From positions 1 to 56,186 of the IMG/VR virus record IMGVR_UViG_3300035670_000259: 56,186 nt of DNA; one strand, 5' to 3'. The translations under genes were made by a program, and so were the position numbers. The notes under the pieces were generated by a model, which saw nothing but the letters and a program-made list of their open reading frames with translations, was not told the origin of the DNA and searched no databases. Positions 1 through 10,059 of this stretch are shown here, in pieces. Position 1 is the stretch's first letter; every line of letters begins with the position of its first letter. Source of the DNA: a virus (taxonomy: Duplodnaviria; Caudoviricetes).

Positions 1-264
1 ACTTCTACTAAGATAGTAACTCTTGGAGGTAATGGGGCATTGTGCGAAGGTGTACACTATCCTGCACATGAAGTAAAGGTGCATGATGTAACAGGTGCTG
101 GAGACGTATTTTTAGCTGCTCTTGCTTATTTTAGCACAGCAAGTTCGAATTTATATACAGGTATTGAAGCTGCAAATGCTTTAGCTGCTAGATCGGTAGA
201 GCATTTTGGCACTTATACTATTACAGACAAAGATTTAAGAGAAACAGGATACTTTTTATTATGA
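1..264 (+). CDS. PfkB/HldE-like sugar kinase, C-terminal part (5' truncated by window)
   Basis: DVTGAGDVF PfkB signature and AANALAA helix; frame is open from base 1. Confidence 0.85.
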   Translation, partial: TSTKIVTLGGNGALCEGVHYPAHEVKVHDVTGAGDVFLAALAYFSTASSNLYTGIEAANALAARSVEHFGTYTITDKDLRETGYFLL

Positions 265-641
265 CAGACTCAATTACAAGGCTTCAAGGCTTCGTTAAAA
301 AAGGTTGGGGACATGAACTAATCTGGGCCACTAACGATAAATATTGTGGCAAACTCATGGTGTTTAATGAGGGCGCTAAGTTTTCAATGCACTTTCACAG
401 AGAGAAAAAAGAGTCTTGGTATGTTCTTAGTGGTGAATTTGAGGTACGATGGATTAACACTTTAAATGCTAATATCATTACAAATATTCTTAGAGAGGGA
501 GACACATGGGATAATGATCCTTGCGAACCTCATCAGCTTATTTGTATAAAGGCAGGAACTATTATTGAAGTGTCCACTCCAGACTCTGTTGAAGATAATT
601 ACCGCGTGCAACCAGGTGACTCTCAAGTATTAGTTGACTAA
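261..641 (+). CDS. Cupin-domain protein (mannose-6-phosphate isomerase/sugar isomerase-like)
   Basis: KGWGHE...SMHFHREKKESWYVLSG...PHQL...EVST cupin motifs. Confidence 0.8.
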   Translation: MTDSITRLQGFVKKGWGHELIWATNDKYCGKLMVFNEGAKFSMHFHREKKESWYVLSGEFEVRWINTLNANIITNILREGDTWDNDPCEPHQLICIKAGTIIEVSTPDSVEDNYRVQPGDSQVLVD

Positions 642-687
642 CGCTAAAATAAATTCTATACTGTTATAAATAACACAAGGATTTATT

Positions 688-1773
688 ATGGAATACTTTA
701 ACTCAAAGAATCTAGACTGGCGTATCTCTCAGTGCTGCCAGTTTCACGATAAGGCATTGGCAAAGCGTTATAATTTTGGTACAACTACCAAAACTTATGC
801 GCTTAAAGATGGTGGCAAAGAACGAGTTCAGTCTAAAGCTATTGAAAACTGTAACAAACTACTAGATATTCTTAAGACCTATTTTCCTACTCAGCCAGCT
901 AATCTGCGCAGCTTCCGTATTTCTTCGGAGCTATTTCCTTGCTATACGCTAGACTTCACCAAATCTTGGTATGAAGAGATCTGGGAAGATATCTCTAGCA
1001 TTCTTGAAAAAGCTGGCAGCGTAGCTAAAGAACATAACATTCGCTTGAGTGTTCATCCTGGGCAGTATACTGTTCTAGCATCAAATAAAGATGATGTAGT
1101 TGAAAACTCTATCAAAGACCTAGAGTATCATGCGCTGTATGGTCAGCTTATGAATCTTCGTCCAGAAGAATTTGTTATGAACATCCATCTTCAGGGGCTA
1201 TACAGCGGTAAGCATATTGATGGCATTAAACGCTTTGCCACTAATTTTCACTATCTATCTGACTACTCACAAAAGTGTCTAGCTGTAGAAAATGAAGATA
1301 AGCCTAACGGTTATGATATTGCGCATACTCTAGAGCTTGCTCAGTTAATTCCTACTCGTTGTACTCTAGACACGCATCACTATGCTTGCCATCGTATGAC
1401 CGAAACAGAGAAAGTTCAGCTTAATGGTAAAGTAGTAAATCGTAAAGTGCGTGACGTAGATCACATCACTGTTAACGATGTAATGTTTAAAGAAGCTGTT
1501 AAAAGCTGGCGAGGAGTTCGCCCGCTATTTCACACGTCTCAATCTTTCTCTCCAGATAATCCTGATTACTGGATGAAAGTTAACGCTCACTCAGAGCTGT
1601 TCGAAGATGAAGAACATATGGCTCGCCATATTCCAATGCTTCAGTATGCAGACTTTGATATTGAAGCCAAAAACAAAGAGCAAGCTGTAAAAGGCTTTTA
1701 CTCTTTTATTAAAGAAGAAGAGGTCTATGCAGACGAACCTCTAATTGCAAAGAGAGTACCTAATGACTGGTAA
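688..1773 (+). CDS. uvsE: UV damage endonuclease UvsE/UVDE
   Basis: FRISSELFP, RLSVHPGQYTVLAS, LAVENED, LDTHHY and IEAKNKE motifs of the UvdE family. Confidence 0.9.
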   Translation: MEYFNSKNLDWRISQCCQFHDKALAKRYNFGTTTKTYALKDGGKERVQSKAIENCNKLLDILKTYFPTQPANLRSFRISSELFPCYTLDFTKSWYEEIWEDISSILEKAGSVAKEHNIRLSVHPGQYTVLASNKDDVVENSIKDLEYHALYGQLMNLRPEEFVMNIHLQGLYSGKHIDGIKRFATNFHYLSDYSQKCLAVENEDKPNGYDIAHTLELAQLIPTRCTLDTHHYACHRMTETEKVQLNGKVVNRKVRDVDHITVNDVMFKEAVKSWRGVRPLFHTSQSFSPDNPDYWMKVNAHSELFEDEEHMARHIPMLQYADFDIEAKNKEQAVKGFYSFIKEEEVYADEPLIAKRVPNDW

Positions 1774-2074
1774 CCCACAGTTTAAATTTAAAGAAAATCA
1801 ATATCTAGACGAGATATACAACTATATAAAAGCTACTTATGGCGAGCACTACTCTACAACAAAATTTCAGTCTACTGAAGTTATAATTGATAGAGGACAC
1901 GGCACTGGCTTTTGTATGGGTAATATTGATAAATATTCTAATCGTTATGGTAAGAAAGGAGACTCTCCAGAAGAGTGGCGTAAAGATCTTATGAAAGTGA
2001 TTCATTATGCAATACTTCAACTTTACGTTCACGATCTAGAGCATAAGAACAATGAATCTATTAAAAAAGACTAA
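1763..2074 (+). CDS. Conserved phage protein (DUF3310-like)
   Basis: HY...GFCMGNIDKYSNRYGKK...DLMKVIHYA motif; ATG start chosen at 1763. Confidence 0.65.
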   Translation: MTGNPQFKFKENQYLDEIYNYIKATYGEHYSTTKFQSTEVIIDRGHGTGFCMGNIDKYSNRYGKKGDSPEEWRKDLMKVIHYAILQLYVHDLEHKNNESIKKD

Positions 2075-2474
2075 GTATGTATTTAGAAATCCAGAGCTGC
2101 CAGGAGAGCTAGAGCGAGAGATTATTGCTAGAAACTTAGTACGCTCTCTAGAAAAGATTGCTAAGTTTCAGATTGAGCAGTTATCTGGAGAAAGCTGGAC
2201 TCATTTAAGAGTTCATGCTCCTGGAAAACTAATTAAGCTATTCACTCGTATCTCAGATAAAAGACTAAAGCCTATTATCAAAGGTACTCACGTATATATT
2301 TACATTGATAGTTCTGTTACTTCTATTGACGTTAGGATGTTAGTAGGAGAGCTTATTAAAAATCTTAAGACTATTGACGAGTCTTATGTCACAAAGCTAC
2401 GTAAGGCGGCAGGACTACTAGTCTTAAAGCTTGCAAAGAAACTATACCCATCGAAAGATAATACAAATGGCTGA
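2052..2474 (+). CDS. Hypothetical protein
   Basis: 140 aa ORF overlapping neighbours in an operon. Confidence 0.6.
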   Translation: MNLLKKTKYVFRNPELPGELEREIIARNLVRSLEKIAKFQIEQLSGESWTHLRVHAPGKLIKLFTRISDKRLKPIIKGTHVYIYIDSSVTSIDVRMLVGELIKNLKTIDESYVTKLRKAAGLLVLKLAKKLYPSKDNTNG

Positions 2475-2724
2475 GAAAGAACTTAAACCTATCGACCCAC
2501 AAGATGTGTCAGATACTATTCAAGACATTGTAGCACTGCTAGGCGCTATCGAGTCTTCTCGTGAAGAAATTAACCGTCGTGTAAAGCATCTTAAAGATAC
2601 GTACGGTCTAGCCTCTACAGCTGTTAGAGCAGCTGCTAATGTTATTTATAAAGAAACTATTGAGCAGCTAGGCGAGAAAGAACAACAGATTCGTAATATT
2701 ATTAAAATCTGTGACGAAAACTAA
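2467..2724 (+). CDS. Small helical protein, possibly dsDNA-binding (T4 DsbA/GapR-like)
   Basis: Acidic/basic helical pattern (IESSREEINRRVKHLKDTYGL); family assignment is inference. Confidence 0.45.
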   Translation: MAEKELKPIDPQDVSDTIQDIVALLGAIESSREEINRRVKHLKDTYGLASTAVRAAANVIYKETIEQLGEKEQQIRNIIKICDEN

Positions 2725-2854
2725 TGAAATATGCCTTGCTGTTTTCACTACTAGTAGGTTGTGCTGATATTCAAGATAATACAACTTTAGGAGATAAAGC
2801 TATTATCGGTACGGCACTTACTGCTATTGCTATTGGAGCCAGCGCTATCGCAGA

Positions 2855-3628
2855 ATGATCGCAATGAAGAAACCTATTTTAGTTACAGGAGGCTTTGATC
2901 CTCTACACTCTGGGCATATAGCCTATTTTAAGGCTGCAAAGGCTCTTGGCAATTATCTAATTGTCGGAGTTAATAGCGATGCATGGCTTTCTCGTAAAAA
3001 GGGAAAGCCTTTTATGCCGTGGGAAGAGCGAGCAGAAATCATTAGAAATTTATCTGTTGTGAACGAAGTTATAAGTTTTGACGATAGTGATGGAAGCGCT
3101 AATAACGCAATCTATAAAGTATTGCAGCGCTTTCCAGATCAACGAATTACTTTTGCTAACGGTGGCGATAGAACTCCTGACAACATTCCTGAGTATATCT
3201 ATAGAGATACTCCTTGGGTTCACTTTGAGTTCGGAGTAGGTGGCGAAGATAAAAAGAACAGCAGTAGCTGGATTCTTAAATCATGGAGTCAACCTACTGT
3301 AGAACGTGCTTGGGGTAGGTATACTGTTCTAGATAGAAAAGATGGTTGGCAGGTAAAAGAGCTTGCATTTGATGCAGGTAAGGCTCTTAGCGATCAACGC
3401 CACTTCCATAGGAGTGAGCACTGGTGTGTTGTAGACGGAGAGATACGTATCGATCTGCAGTGGCCTGATGGAACAAAGCAAGTGTGTCTTTTGAGCAATG
3501 GTGAGAGTGTAGATATTCCTATTAACACTTGGCATAAAGCTACAAATGTCGGAGCTAGCACAGCTAAAGTAATTGAAGTCTGGATGGGCAATCATCTTTC
3601 AGAAGAGGACATTGAACGTAGGCCATGA
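2855..3628 (+). CDS. Cytidylyltransferase-like domain fused to MPI type II cupin
   Basis: GGFDPLHSGH (HxGH) and GVNSD; C-terminal RAWGRY...SDQRHFHRSEHW...EEDIER. Confidence 0.88.
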   Translation: MIAMKKPILVTGGFDPLHSGHIAYFKAAKALGNYLIVGVNSDAWLSRKKGKPFMPWEERAEIIRNLSVVNEVISFDDSDGSANNAIYKVLQRFPDQRITFANGGDRTPDNIPEYIYRDTPWVHFEFGVGGEDKKNSSSWILKSWSQPTVERAWGRYTVLDRKDGWQVKELAFDAGKALSDQRHFHRSEHWCVVDGEIRIDLQWPDGTKQVCLLSNGESVDIPINTWHKATNVGASTAKVIEVWMGNHLSEEDIERRP

Positions 3629-4200
3629 GTATTAAAGTAGATCACGCTAGATTTGACAGTACAATGCCTGACATAGCAGATACTGCCCTAAGTTGGATCA
3701 ATGAAAATATTAACTCTAGAGAAACACTATTTGAGTGGGGATCAGGAGGTTCAACTTTTTGGTTTGCAGATAGAGTTAAACGAATCTACTCAGCTGAGCA
3801 TCAACCAGCGTTTTTTAGATATGTAAAAGAGCACTATCTATATGAAAATTATGATAATATTCACATGGTATTTGCACCAGAAGATGCTCAAGCACATCCT
3901 AAGTTTAAAGATGCCTATGACGAACGTAGCTATAAGCGATATGTAGAGTCTATTTTAGCCTATCCTTCTAGGTCTTTTGATTGGATTATTATTAATGGAA
4001 AAGCTAGACAAGCATGTTTAACGGCAGCTTTTAGTGCTATTAGACACGGTGGAGTTATTGTGATGAATGATACAGACAAACTTGAGTATGGCGCAGCAGT
4101 AAATCAACATCGTAATAAAGCAGTAGAGGTTCTAGAGTTTAAAGGACATAAAATGCCGTTTATGCGTCAAGGACATACAACTCTAATGAGGGTGGCATGA
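3625..4200 (+). CDS. SAM-dependent methyltransferase-like protein
   Basis: LFEWGSGGSTFWF motif I; FDWIIING. Confidence 0.7.
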   Translation: MSIKVDHARFDSTMPDIADTALSWINENINSRETLFEWGSGGSTFWFADRVKRIYSAEHQPAFFRYVKEHYLYENYDNIHMVFAPEDAQAHPKFKDAYDERSYKRYVESILAYPSRSFDWIIINGKARQACLTAAFSAIRHGGVIVMNDTDKLEYGAAVNQHRNKAVEVLEFKGHKMPFMRQGHTTLMRVA

Positions 4201-4754
4201 CTCTTAGACACAATATATTTAAAACTCCTATGTGGGGATTTCAGTGGCGTGATGCTGAGTTCTTACAACAGATCAAAGCTTATGCACTACACCTAAGTAG
4301 AACTCAGCCAAGTGTTCGAAAGTCAAACTTTATAGGCTGGCAAAGTCATGATGATATGCACTTAGATCCTATGTTTGCTCCTCTATGCAATAAGATACTT
4401 CAAGTAGCTAACTCTGAAGTTTTACAAGACTATGAGCATATCTCTTCTGAGCGTTTTAAGATAGACTCTCTTTGGGTCAACGTAACTCCTCCAGGAGGCT
4501 TTAACATGGCTCATATTCATGGCTGTGAACTGTCAGGTGCCTTCTACATTTCAGTACCAGAAAACTCAGGTCGCTTTGTGGCAATTGATCCTAGGCAACG
4601 CGTTAGCATGAGCACACGCAGAATTAGAGACCAAAACTTTCCTGTTCAACCTACAGAGGGAACTTGTATTATATTTCCTTCTTGGCTAGAGCACTATGTA
4701 GAACCTAACTGTTCTTTCTCTAATAGAATCTCTATAAGTTTTAACTTAGAATGA
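4197..4754 (+). CDS. 2OG-Fe(II) oxygenase (TIGR02466-like)
   Basis: WVN...HIH...LSGAFYI...IFPSWLEHYV...RISISFN. Confidence 0.85.
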   Translation: MTLRHNIFKTPMWGFQWRDAEFLQQIKAYALHLSRTQPSVRKSNFIGWQSHDDMHLDPMFAPLCNKILQVANSEVLQDYEHISSERFKIDSLWVNVTPPGGFNMAHIHGCELSGAFYISVPENSGRFVAIDPRQRVSMSTRRIRDQNFPVQPTEGTCIIFPSWLEHYVEPNCSFSNRISISFNLE

Positions 4755-5155
4755 CAACTCGGCTACCTCTTCCTGATATAACTATACATGTTCGTAAAGG
4801 TGGTGAGTGGTTTCATCGCCCTCTTACGCACTTTTTTCCGACTGATAAGCGCATTCTACTTGTCACACTACGAGGTGCGTGGATAAGCGATAGAGAAACA
4901 CTTTTTTACGAACATAATGCACTAGGATTTGATGGAACTGTAGTCTCAACTGTGAATGACTCTTTTGTTCAAAATGCTTGGGCAAACGATTTAGCACTAA
5001 ACTATGTTAAGCTATTACCTGATGGTAATGGTGAACTTGCGGCAGCGCTGCAAATGCTAGTGCCGTATCGAGAAACAGGGCCCCGCGCTTATCGCTCAGA
5101 ATGGATCGCGCACAATAATCAACTTACCTATAGGTCTACGCTATCATGCTTGTAA
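4751..5155 (+). CDS. Divergent redoxin/peroxiredoxin-fold protein lacking the catalytic Cys
   Basis: VNDSFVQNAWA and LLPDGNGE match Prx5, but GAFTPTC is replaced by GAWISDR. Confidence 0.65.
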   Translation: MTTRLPLPDITIHVRKGGEWFHRPLTHFFPTDKRILLVTLRGAWISDRETLFYEHNALGFDGTVVSTVNDSFVQNAWANDLALNYVKLLPDGNGELAAALQMLVPYRETGPRAYRSEWIAHNNQLTYRSTLSCL

Positions 5156-5412
5156 CAATCTACTCTATTATGAGTTGCATTCCTTCTAACGATTTTGTAG
5201 ACTGGTGTGCGCAAAACTCAATTCCCCACCACTATTTTAGAATTCGTGATCCACAGTTTCCTCAAGTTACTTATGACTATACTCTAGATCAAGTAGAAGC
5301 ACTACATGCTCGAGAGTTTAACACTTTCCCAATTATCTATATCGACAACGTGCAATATCGTTCTATTGCCGCTGCAAAGGAGTTTTTACGTGAACATTAC
5401 AGTATACACTAA
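5146..5412 (+). CDS. Glutaredoxin-fold protein (divergent)
   Basis: VTIYS..SCIPS and TFPIIYID. Confidence 0.5.
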   Translation: MLVTIYSIMSCIPSNDFVDWCAQNSIPHHYFRIRDPQFPQVTYDYTLDQVEALHAREFNTFPIIYIDNVQYRSIAAAKEFLREHYSIH

Positions 5413-5644
5413 ATCTAACTGCACCTACTGCACTCAAGCTAAAGCACTACTAGACATCAATGCTATTCCTTATGCTGTAGTCGCCTTAGCAGAACGTGGA
5501 GAATCAGGTGACGGATATATCTCGCGCGAATCGCTACTAGAACGTTTTCCTAGCGCTCGCACAATGCCTCAAATTGAAATTGATGGAGTAGGCATTGGTG
5601 GATTCGAAGAGCTTAAGACCTTTCTAAATAAACAAACTATTTGA
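5390..5644 (+). CDS. Glutaredoxin
   Basis: CTYC active site; RTMPQI..DG..IGGF; GTG start after AAGGAG. Confidence 0.9.
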   Translation: MNITVYTKSNCTYCTQAKALLDINAIPYAVVALAERGESGDGYISRESLLERFPSARTMPQIEIDGVGIGGFEELKTFLNKQTI

Positions 5645-5674
5645 CACCTTGTTCATTCTAGGGTAATATGAACT

Positions 5675-5980
5675 ATGTTTAGCACGCTGTTGTTTATATT
5701 TTTCATTGTGTTGCCTGCAATCTCTATCTTTGCATATGTATCACGCTTAACTTCTGGTATCTACCATTGGGCAGACAGGCAACACCCAACCCCGAACTAT
5801 CGTTATGAGACGACACAAACTGAGACAATCTATACGCTGCACACAGAAACTCGCACTAAGACACGTCCAATCTCTGAAGAAGAAAACTATTTTGGACACT
5901 CACCGCAGTTCGAAGATTCACGTGAGTTTGCAGAACTGCTAGACAGCAAGCGATTTGATGTGAGAGATTATTTAAAATGA
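5675..5980 (+). CDS. Hypothetical membrane-anchored protein
   Basis: N-terminal hydrophobic helix; TTGACA promoter upstream. Confidence 0.6.
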   Translation: MFSTLLFIFFIVLPAISIFAYVSRLTSGIYHWADRQHPTPNYRYETTQTETIYTLHTETRTKTRPISEEENYFGHSPQFEDSREFAELLDSKRFDVRDYLK

Positions 5981-6110
5981 GACTTATACTCCTCGGACTA
6001 GCTCCAGTGTTTGCCGTTCTAAGTATTTTCTTTACATTTTCGATGGTGGAACTCAGCCTAGAACTAGTTCAATCCCTTCAAAGTCTATCTAGCACCCTAA
6101 AAGTGATTGA

Positions 6111-6139
6111 TTGACACTAGCCTAAATTTATGCTAATAT
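6111..6139 (+). promoter_or_regulatory. Sigma70-type promoter for the ligase gene
   Basis: TTGACA-17-TAATAT with TGC before the -10. Confidence 0.65.
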
Positions 6140-6157
6140 AGCTACAGGTATTAAAAT

Positions 6158-7903
6158 ATGATTCAAGACTATAAATCTCTACTAGAAACTGTTAAGCATC
6201 ACGCTAAGCTGTACTATGACAAGTCAGCTCCAACGATATCAGATCAAGAGTATGATGCTCTTTATGATAGATTGCTTAAGTTAGAACAACGTCAAGGTTG
6301 GGCTGATTCGTCTTCACCTACAGTTCGTGTAGGTGCAGCTCCAGGTAAGATTGCACATCCTTATCGTTTATACTCTCTACGTAAAGTTTATGATGAATCT
6401 GAAGTTGATCCTTCATTTACTGTAAAGACAATTAAGATTGATGGTGCAAATCTATCAGTCACCTATGATGAATCAGGTAATTTTCTCCATGCTCTCACTC
6501 GTGGTGATGGAGAACGTGGAGAAGATGTATCTCATCTAGTGAACCATATCTCAGGCATTTTTCAATGCCTGCGGCCCACAGGGTCTGTGTTCACTCTTGT
6601 AGGTGAAGTTGTTACTGATCGTGATGATATTCAAAACTTTCGTAACTATGTGAGTGGATCTCTAGGTGTAAAAGATGCAGCAGACATTTCAGATCGTAAA
6701 CTACGTTTTATTGTACATGATGTTTTAGGTGTCCAGGAAGACTACCTCACGCGCGTAGGCGCGTTGGATGATCAAGGTGTATGTAGCGTTCTTAATTGGG
6801 ATTGTTCTGCCTACCCTTCAGATGGGTTAGTCTTCCGTGTAAACTCTTTTAAAGAGCAGAGCCGTCTAGGCACTACTTCTAAGTATCCTAGGTATGCAGT
6901 CGCACTGAAAGTGCGTGCGGCCATGACGGCTGTTACTACGATTCAAGATATTGTTTGGAGCTTAGGGCGTACTGGAGTTGTAACTCCTGTTGCTATTGTT
7001 GATCCAGTTGTGATCGATGATGCAACAATCTCTCGCGTTATTCTGCATAACATCGAGTTTATTGAAGAGCATAATCTTGGTCTAGGCGATGAAATTCTTA
7101 TTGAGCGCCAGATTACTCCTCAGTTCGTCAGCGTTCTATCTCACTCTAGGTTCACTCGTTTTAGTGTGAGCGACGCCGAGCAACGACTCGGCATGAAACT
7201 ACGTCGTGAAGGTCCAAAGCTTTTTGCTTCTCAATCAGACGGTCAGAAGACTGTAGAGTATTTTGTTAAGCAACTAGGCATCAAAGGCTTGGGCCCTGCT
7301 TGGATTCAAAAGCTTGGTTTGACCCATCCGTCTGACCTATTTGATGAAAGCATTGATTGGCAAGATATGGGTAAGAATGGCGAAAAAGTTCTTCAAGAGC
7401 TTGCACGCCCTAAGCCTTATGATCTTGTACTTGGCTCGCTAGGTATTCCAGGAGTAGGTAAATCTACTGCACGTACTATCATTGAACGCATTCCTTCATT
7501 CGATCGTCTACGTGATATTCAGTATGAGTCTATTCGTGGTATTGGCCCTCGAACTGTAGAAAGCATTCTAGCTTGGCTAGATGTGAACGAAGATTGGGTT
7601 CGTGCACTTCCCTATGATCTTTCTATGCAAACAGCATCTGATAAAGCTATTCCTAACGATGAGCGTATTGTTGTTGTAGTTTCTGGCAAGATTGACATGA
7701 CTAAGCAAGACTTGGCAGATCATCTTGCAGAGTATGGTGTGATTGTAAAAGATAGTGTAACTAAAGACATTGACTATCTAATTTCAGCAGGAGAAGAAAC
7801 TTCTAAGGTAGACAAAGCAAAAAAATATGGTATTCCGATTATTAACTATTGGGATAACAAACGCTCTATTCTGAAGGGAGAATTTCATGGCGGAAGTAAT
7901 TAA
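6158..7903 (+). CDS. ligA: NAD-dependent DNA ligase
   Basis: YY...PTISDQEYDAL, KIDG adenylation motif, TRGDG, GRTGVVTPV OB fold, HhH repeats, C-terminal BRCT. Confidence 0.95.
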   Translation: MIQDYKSLLETVKHHAKLYYDKSAPTISDQEYDALYDRLLKLEQRQGWADSSSPTVRVGAAPGKIAHPYRLYSLRKVYDESEVDPSFTVKTIKIDGANLSVTYDESGNFLHALTRGDGERGEDVSHLVNHISGIFQCLRPTGSVFTLVGEVVTDRDDIQNFRNYVSGSLGVKDAADISDRKLRFIVHDVLGVQEDYLTRVGALDDQGVCSVLNWDCSAYPSDGLVFRVNSFKEQSRLGTTSKYPRYAVALKVRAAMTAVTTIQDIVWSLGRTGVVTPVAIVDPVVIDDATISRVILHNIEFIEEHNLGLGDEILIERQITPQFVSVLSHSRFTRFSVSDAEQRLGMKLRREGPKLFASQSDGQKTVEYFVKQLGIKGLGPAWIQKLGLTHPSDLFDESIDWQDMGKNGEKVLQELARPKPYDLVLGSLGIPGVGKSTARTIIERIPSFDRLRDIQYESIRGIGPRTVESILAWLDVNEDWVRALPYDLSMQTASDKAIPNDERIVVVVSGKIDMTKQDLADHLAEYGVIVKDSVTKDIDYLISAGEETSKVDKAKKYGIPIINYWDNKRSILKGEFHGGSN

Positions 7904-8246
7904 CTTTACTCAAAAAGTGAAAGAACTTAAAGAGACTAAACTACACGAAGAAGCTGATGATGATGCAGATATCGCTAATGCAAAAGTCATAGCTAAAGAA
8001 ACCTTCTTCGAGACAATGCTACTTCTAGAAGATTTAGGATATGATGTTAATGAAGATCCTAAAATGCTTAAAGATCTAGAGGCTCTTAGCTTTTTAGCAG
8101 CGGCTATCATCTTTAGGGCTCATGGAAATGATCATCCAGGTACAGAACTCCTAGAGGAATCATATAGAGTGCTCTTAAAAGTAACAAACTTACTAGATGA
8201 GCTAGAGCCGAGTAATATTAATGCCAAAACTGACAATCCGCTTTGA
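7887..8246 (+). CDS. Hypothetical protein
   Basis: 119 aa acidic ORF overlapping ligA stop. Confidence 0.6.
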   Translation: MAEVINFTQKVKELKETKLHEEADDDADIANAKVIAKETFFETMLLLEDLGYDVNEDPKMLKDLEALSFLAAAIIFRAHGNDHPGTELLEESYRVLLKVTNLLDELEPSNINAKTDNPL

Positions 8247-8487
8247 GAATACTGATTTTCAAAATCGCACTGAGGCTGACGAGTTCTCTCGCAGCCTTGG
8301 GGCATCCTCTAGTAAATTTCGAAAAAATCAAGCTTTAAGACAATCTTCGCTTGACTTGACATTTGAAAACCACTATGATGGTAATACAATTTTAGAGCAT
8401 TATGAAAATGCTGGTGGTTATTTAGAATTTGAAGATGGAACTATTAGCAGACATTACATAAGACGAGAAAAACGTTTTGATGATTAG
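8221..8487 (+). CDS. Hypothetical protein
   Basis: 88 aa ORF in operon. Confidence 0.55.
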   Translation: MPKLTIRFENTDFQNRTEADEFSRSLGASSSKFRKNQALRQSSLDLTFENHYDGNTILEHYENAGGYLEFEDGTISRHYIRREKRFDD

Positions 8488-8516
8488 TCTGTTATCAACC
8501 TACATTGAGGTTAGTT

Positions 8517-8837
8517 ATGAAAACAAAGTCTGCCTACACACAAGAAGAGACAGCGCAGCTGCTCGAACTGTATAAGAAGTATGGTACTGAGCATATCGAA
8601 GAAATTGCTAAAGAACTGAATAAGCCAGTTAAAAGTGTCAGAAGTAAGCTAGTTAAAGAAAAAGTTTATGTAGCAGGCGACACTGGCTATGTCAAAAAAA
8701 CTGGAAAGAGTAAAAAAGAACTGTTGAGAGATTTAGAAAGTATTATCGACATTGATACTTCAGGTCTTACAGGCGCTACTAAAGAGTCTATTAGCAGTCT
8801 TATAGACTTCCTAAAAAGGATGAAATCAAATGAATGA
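8517..8837 (+). CDS. Putative HTH DNA-binding protein (T5 D5-like)
   Basis: YTQEET..L...IEEIAKELNKPVKSVRSKLVKEKVYV helix-turn-helix pattern. Confidence 0.6.
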   Translation: MKTKSAYTQEETAQLLELYKKYGTEHIEEIAKELNKPVKSVRSKLVKEKVYVAGDTGYVKKTGKSKKELLRDLESIIDIDTSGLTGATKESISSLIDFLKRMKSNE

Positions 8838-9201
8838 TGAACTAAGAGAATCTATTTTTAACCTAATTAAAGGCTTAGATACACTAGCTGAGGTTAAAAA
8901 AGTGCTTAAGGTTAATGATGTTAACGGAGCCGCAGCTGAAAGCTTTATTGCAAGATGGAATGGAAGAGAGATTCCTGAGCCTACCTATCCAGGTAAAAAA
9001 CTAGTAGTAGAGAATAAGGCTATTGAAGAAGCTCCAGTAGTTAAAGAAGTAGAGCCTGAAGTTTTAGTTACCGAAGAGCCAGAAATTTTAGTCACAGAAG
9101 TAGTAGATATTCTAGTTACAGAAGTGGCTGAAGCTGTAGCTGAGGAACCAGAAGCAGTTGAAGAGTCTGAGTCTACCCCTAGCTACAAATTTAGAAGATA
9201 A
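8830..9201 (+). CDS. Hypothetical protein with acidic (V/I)LVTE repeats
   Basis: EVLVTE / EILVTE / DILVTE repeats in a Glu-rich tail. Confidence 0.6.
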   Translation: MNDELRESIFNLIKGLDTLAEVKKVLKVNDVNGAAAESFIARWNGREIPEPTYPGKKLVVENKAIEEAPVVKEVEPEVLVTEEPEILVTEVVDILVTEVAEAVAEEPEAVEESESTPSYKFRR

Positions 9202-9300
9202 TTTTTTCTTGCCATCTGCTTAAATATTTGATAATCTTATAACTGAAGTTGGAAATGCCTATTGGGTTTCCAACTTATCTTGCTTAATAAGGAGAAAAAG

Positions 9301-9519
9301 ATGATTAATACATATGCTGCCCATTGGGGCATTGATACTTTGCAAAATGCAAAAAAATACTACGTAAAGACTATGGTGCATGATGAAGCTTTAGCAGCAC
9401 CTCTTAACTCTTTTATCGACGCGCAAACCGACTTTGCAAAAAGCGTTGTGAAGTCAGTAGATCAATTTACTACAGCTTTTAGTAAATCTACTGCTGACTG
9501 GTTGAAACTAAAGGAGTAA
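9301..9519 (+). CDS. Phasin-like small helical protein
   Basis: AAGGAG RBS; IDTLQNAKK...FIDAQTDFAKSVVKS amphipathic helix. Confidence 0.5.
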   Translation: MINTYAAHWGIDTLQNAKKYYVKTMVHDEALAAPLNSFIDAQTDFAKSVVKSVDQFTTAFSKSTADWLKLKE

Positions 9520-9526
9520 GAGGAGA

Positions 9527-9979
9527 ATGTACATGACACATACTAAACCAAACACTATCTTTGATATTAACAAATTCACCCCCTATGCTGTAGGCTTTGA
9601 TCGAGTTTTTGACCAGATGGCTAACTATCTGCAAAACCAAGCCAAGAGCACTGGATACCCTCCATACAATATTAGCCAGCTAGAAGATAACAAATATCTA
9701 ATCGAAGTTGCACTAGCTGGTGTCCCTAAAGAAGATATTTCTCTAGTAGAAGAAAATAGTACTCTTACTATTTCTTATACTCCAGAAGAGCAAAAGCAAA
9801 CTGATGGAATGGGATGGCTCTACAAAGGAATTGCCTCTAGAGCCTTTACTCAGAAGTTTAGCCTAGCAGATAACGTAAAAGTTAAATCTGCAAAAATGGT
9901 TAACGGTATGTTGACTATTGAACTACAACGCATTATTCCAGATGCTAAGAAGCCTAAGCAGATTCTTATCACTGAATAA
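9527..9979 (+). CDS. Hsp20 small heat-shock protein (IbpA-like)
   Basis: GFDRVF, YPPYNI, GIASRAFTQKF, NGMLTIEL. Confidence 0.93.
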   Translation: MYMTHTKPNTIFDINKFTPYAVGFDRVFDQMANYLQNQAKSTGYPPYNISQLEDNKYLIEVALAGVPKEDISLVEENSTLTISYTPEEQKQTDGMGWLYKGIASRAFTQKFSLADNVKVKSAKMVNGMLTIELQRIIPDAKKPKQILITE

Positions 9980-9989
9980 GTAAACTTTT

Positions 9990-10021
9990 TGAAGGGCTCG
10001 CTACTAGAGCCCTTCACTTTT
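9990..10021 (+). terminator. Intrinsic terminator
   Basis: TGAAGGGCTC-loop-GAGCCCTTCA followed by T-run. Confidence 0.75.
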
Positions 10022-10059
10022 CTCTAGCCTAGTGCTACTTTTTTTGTTATAGTATTAAA

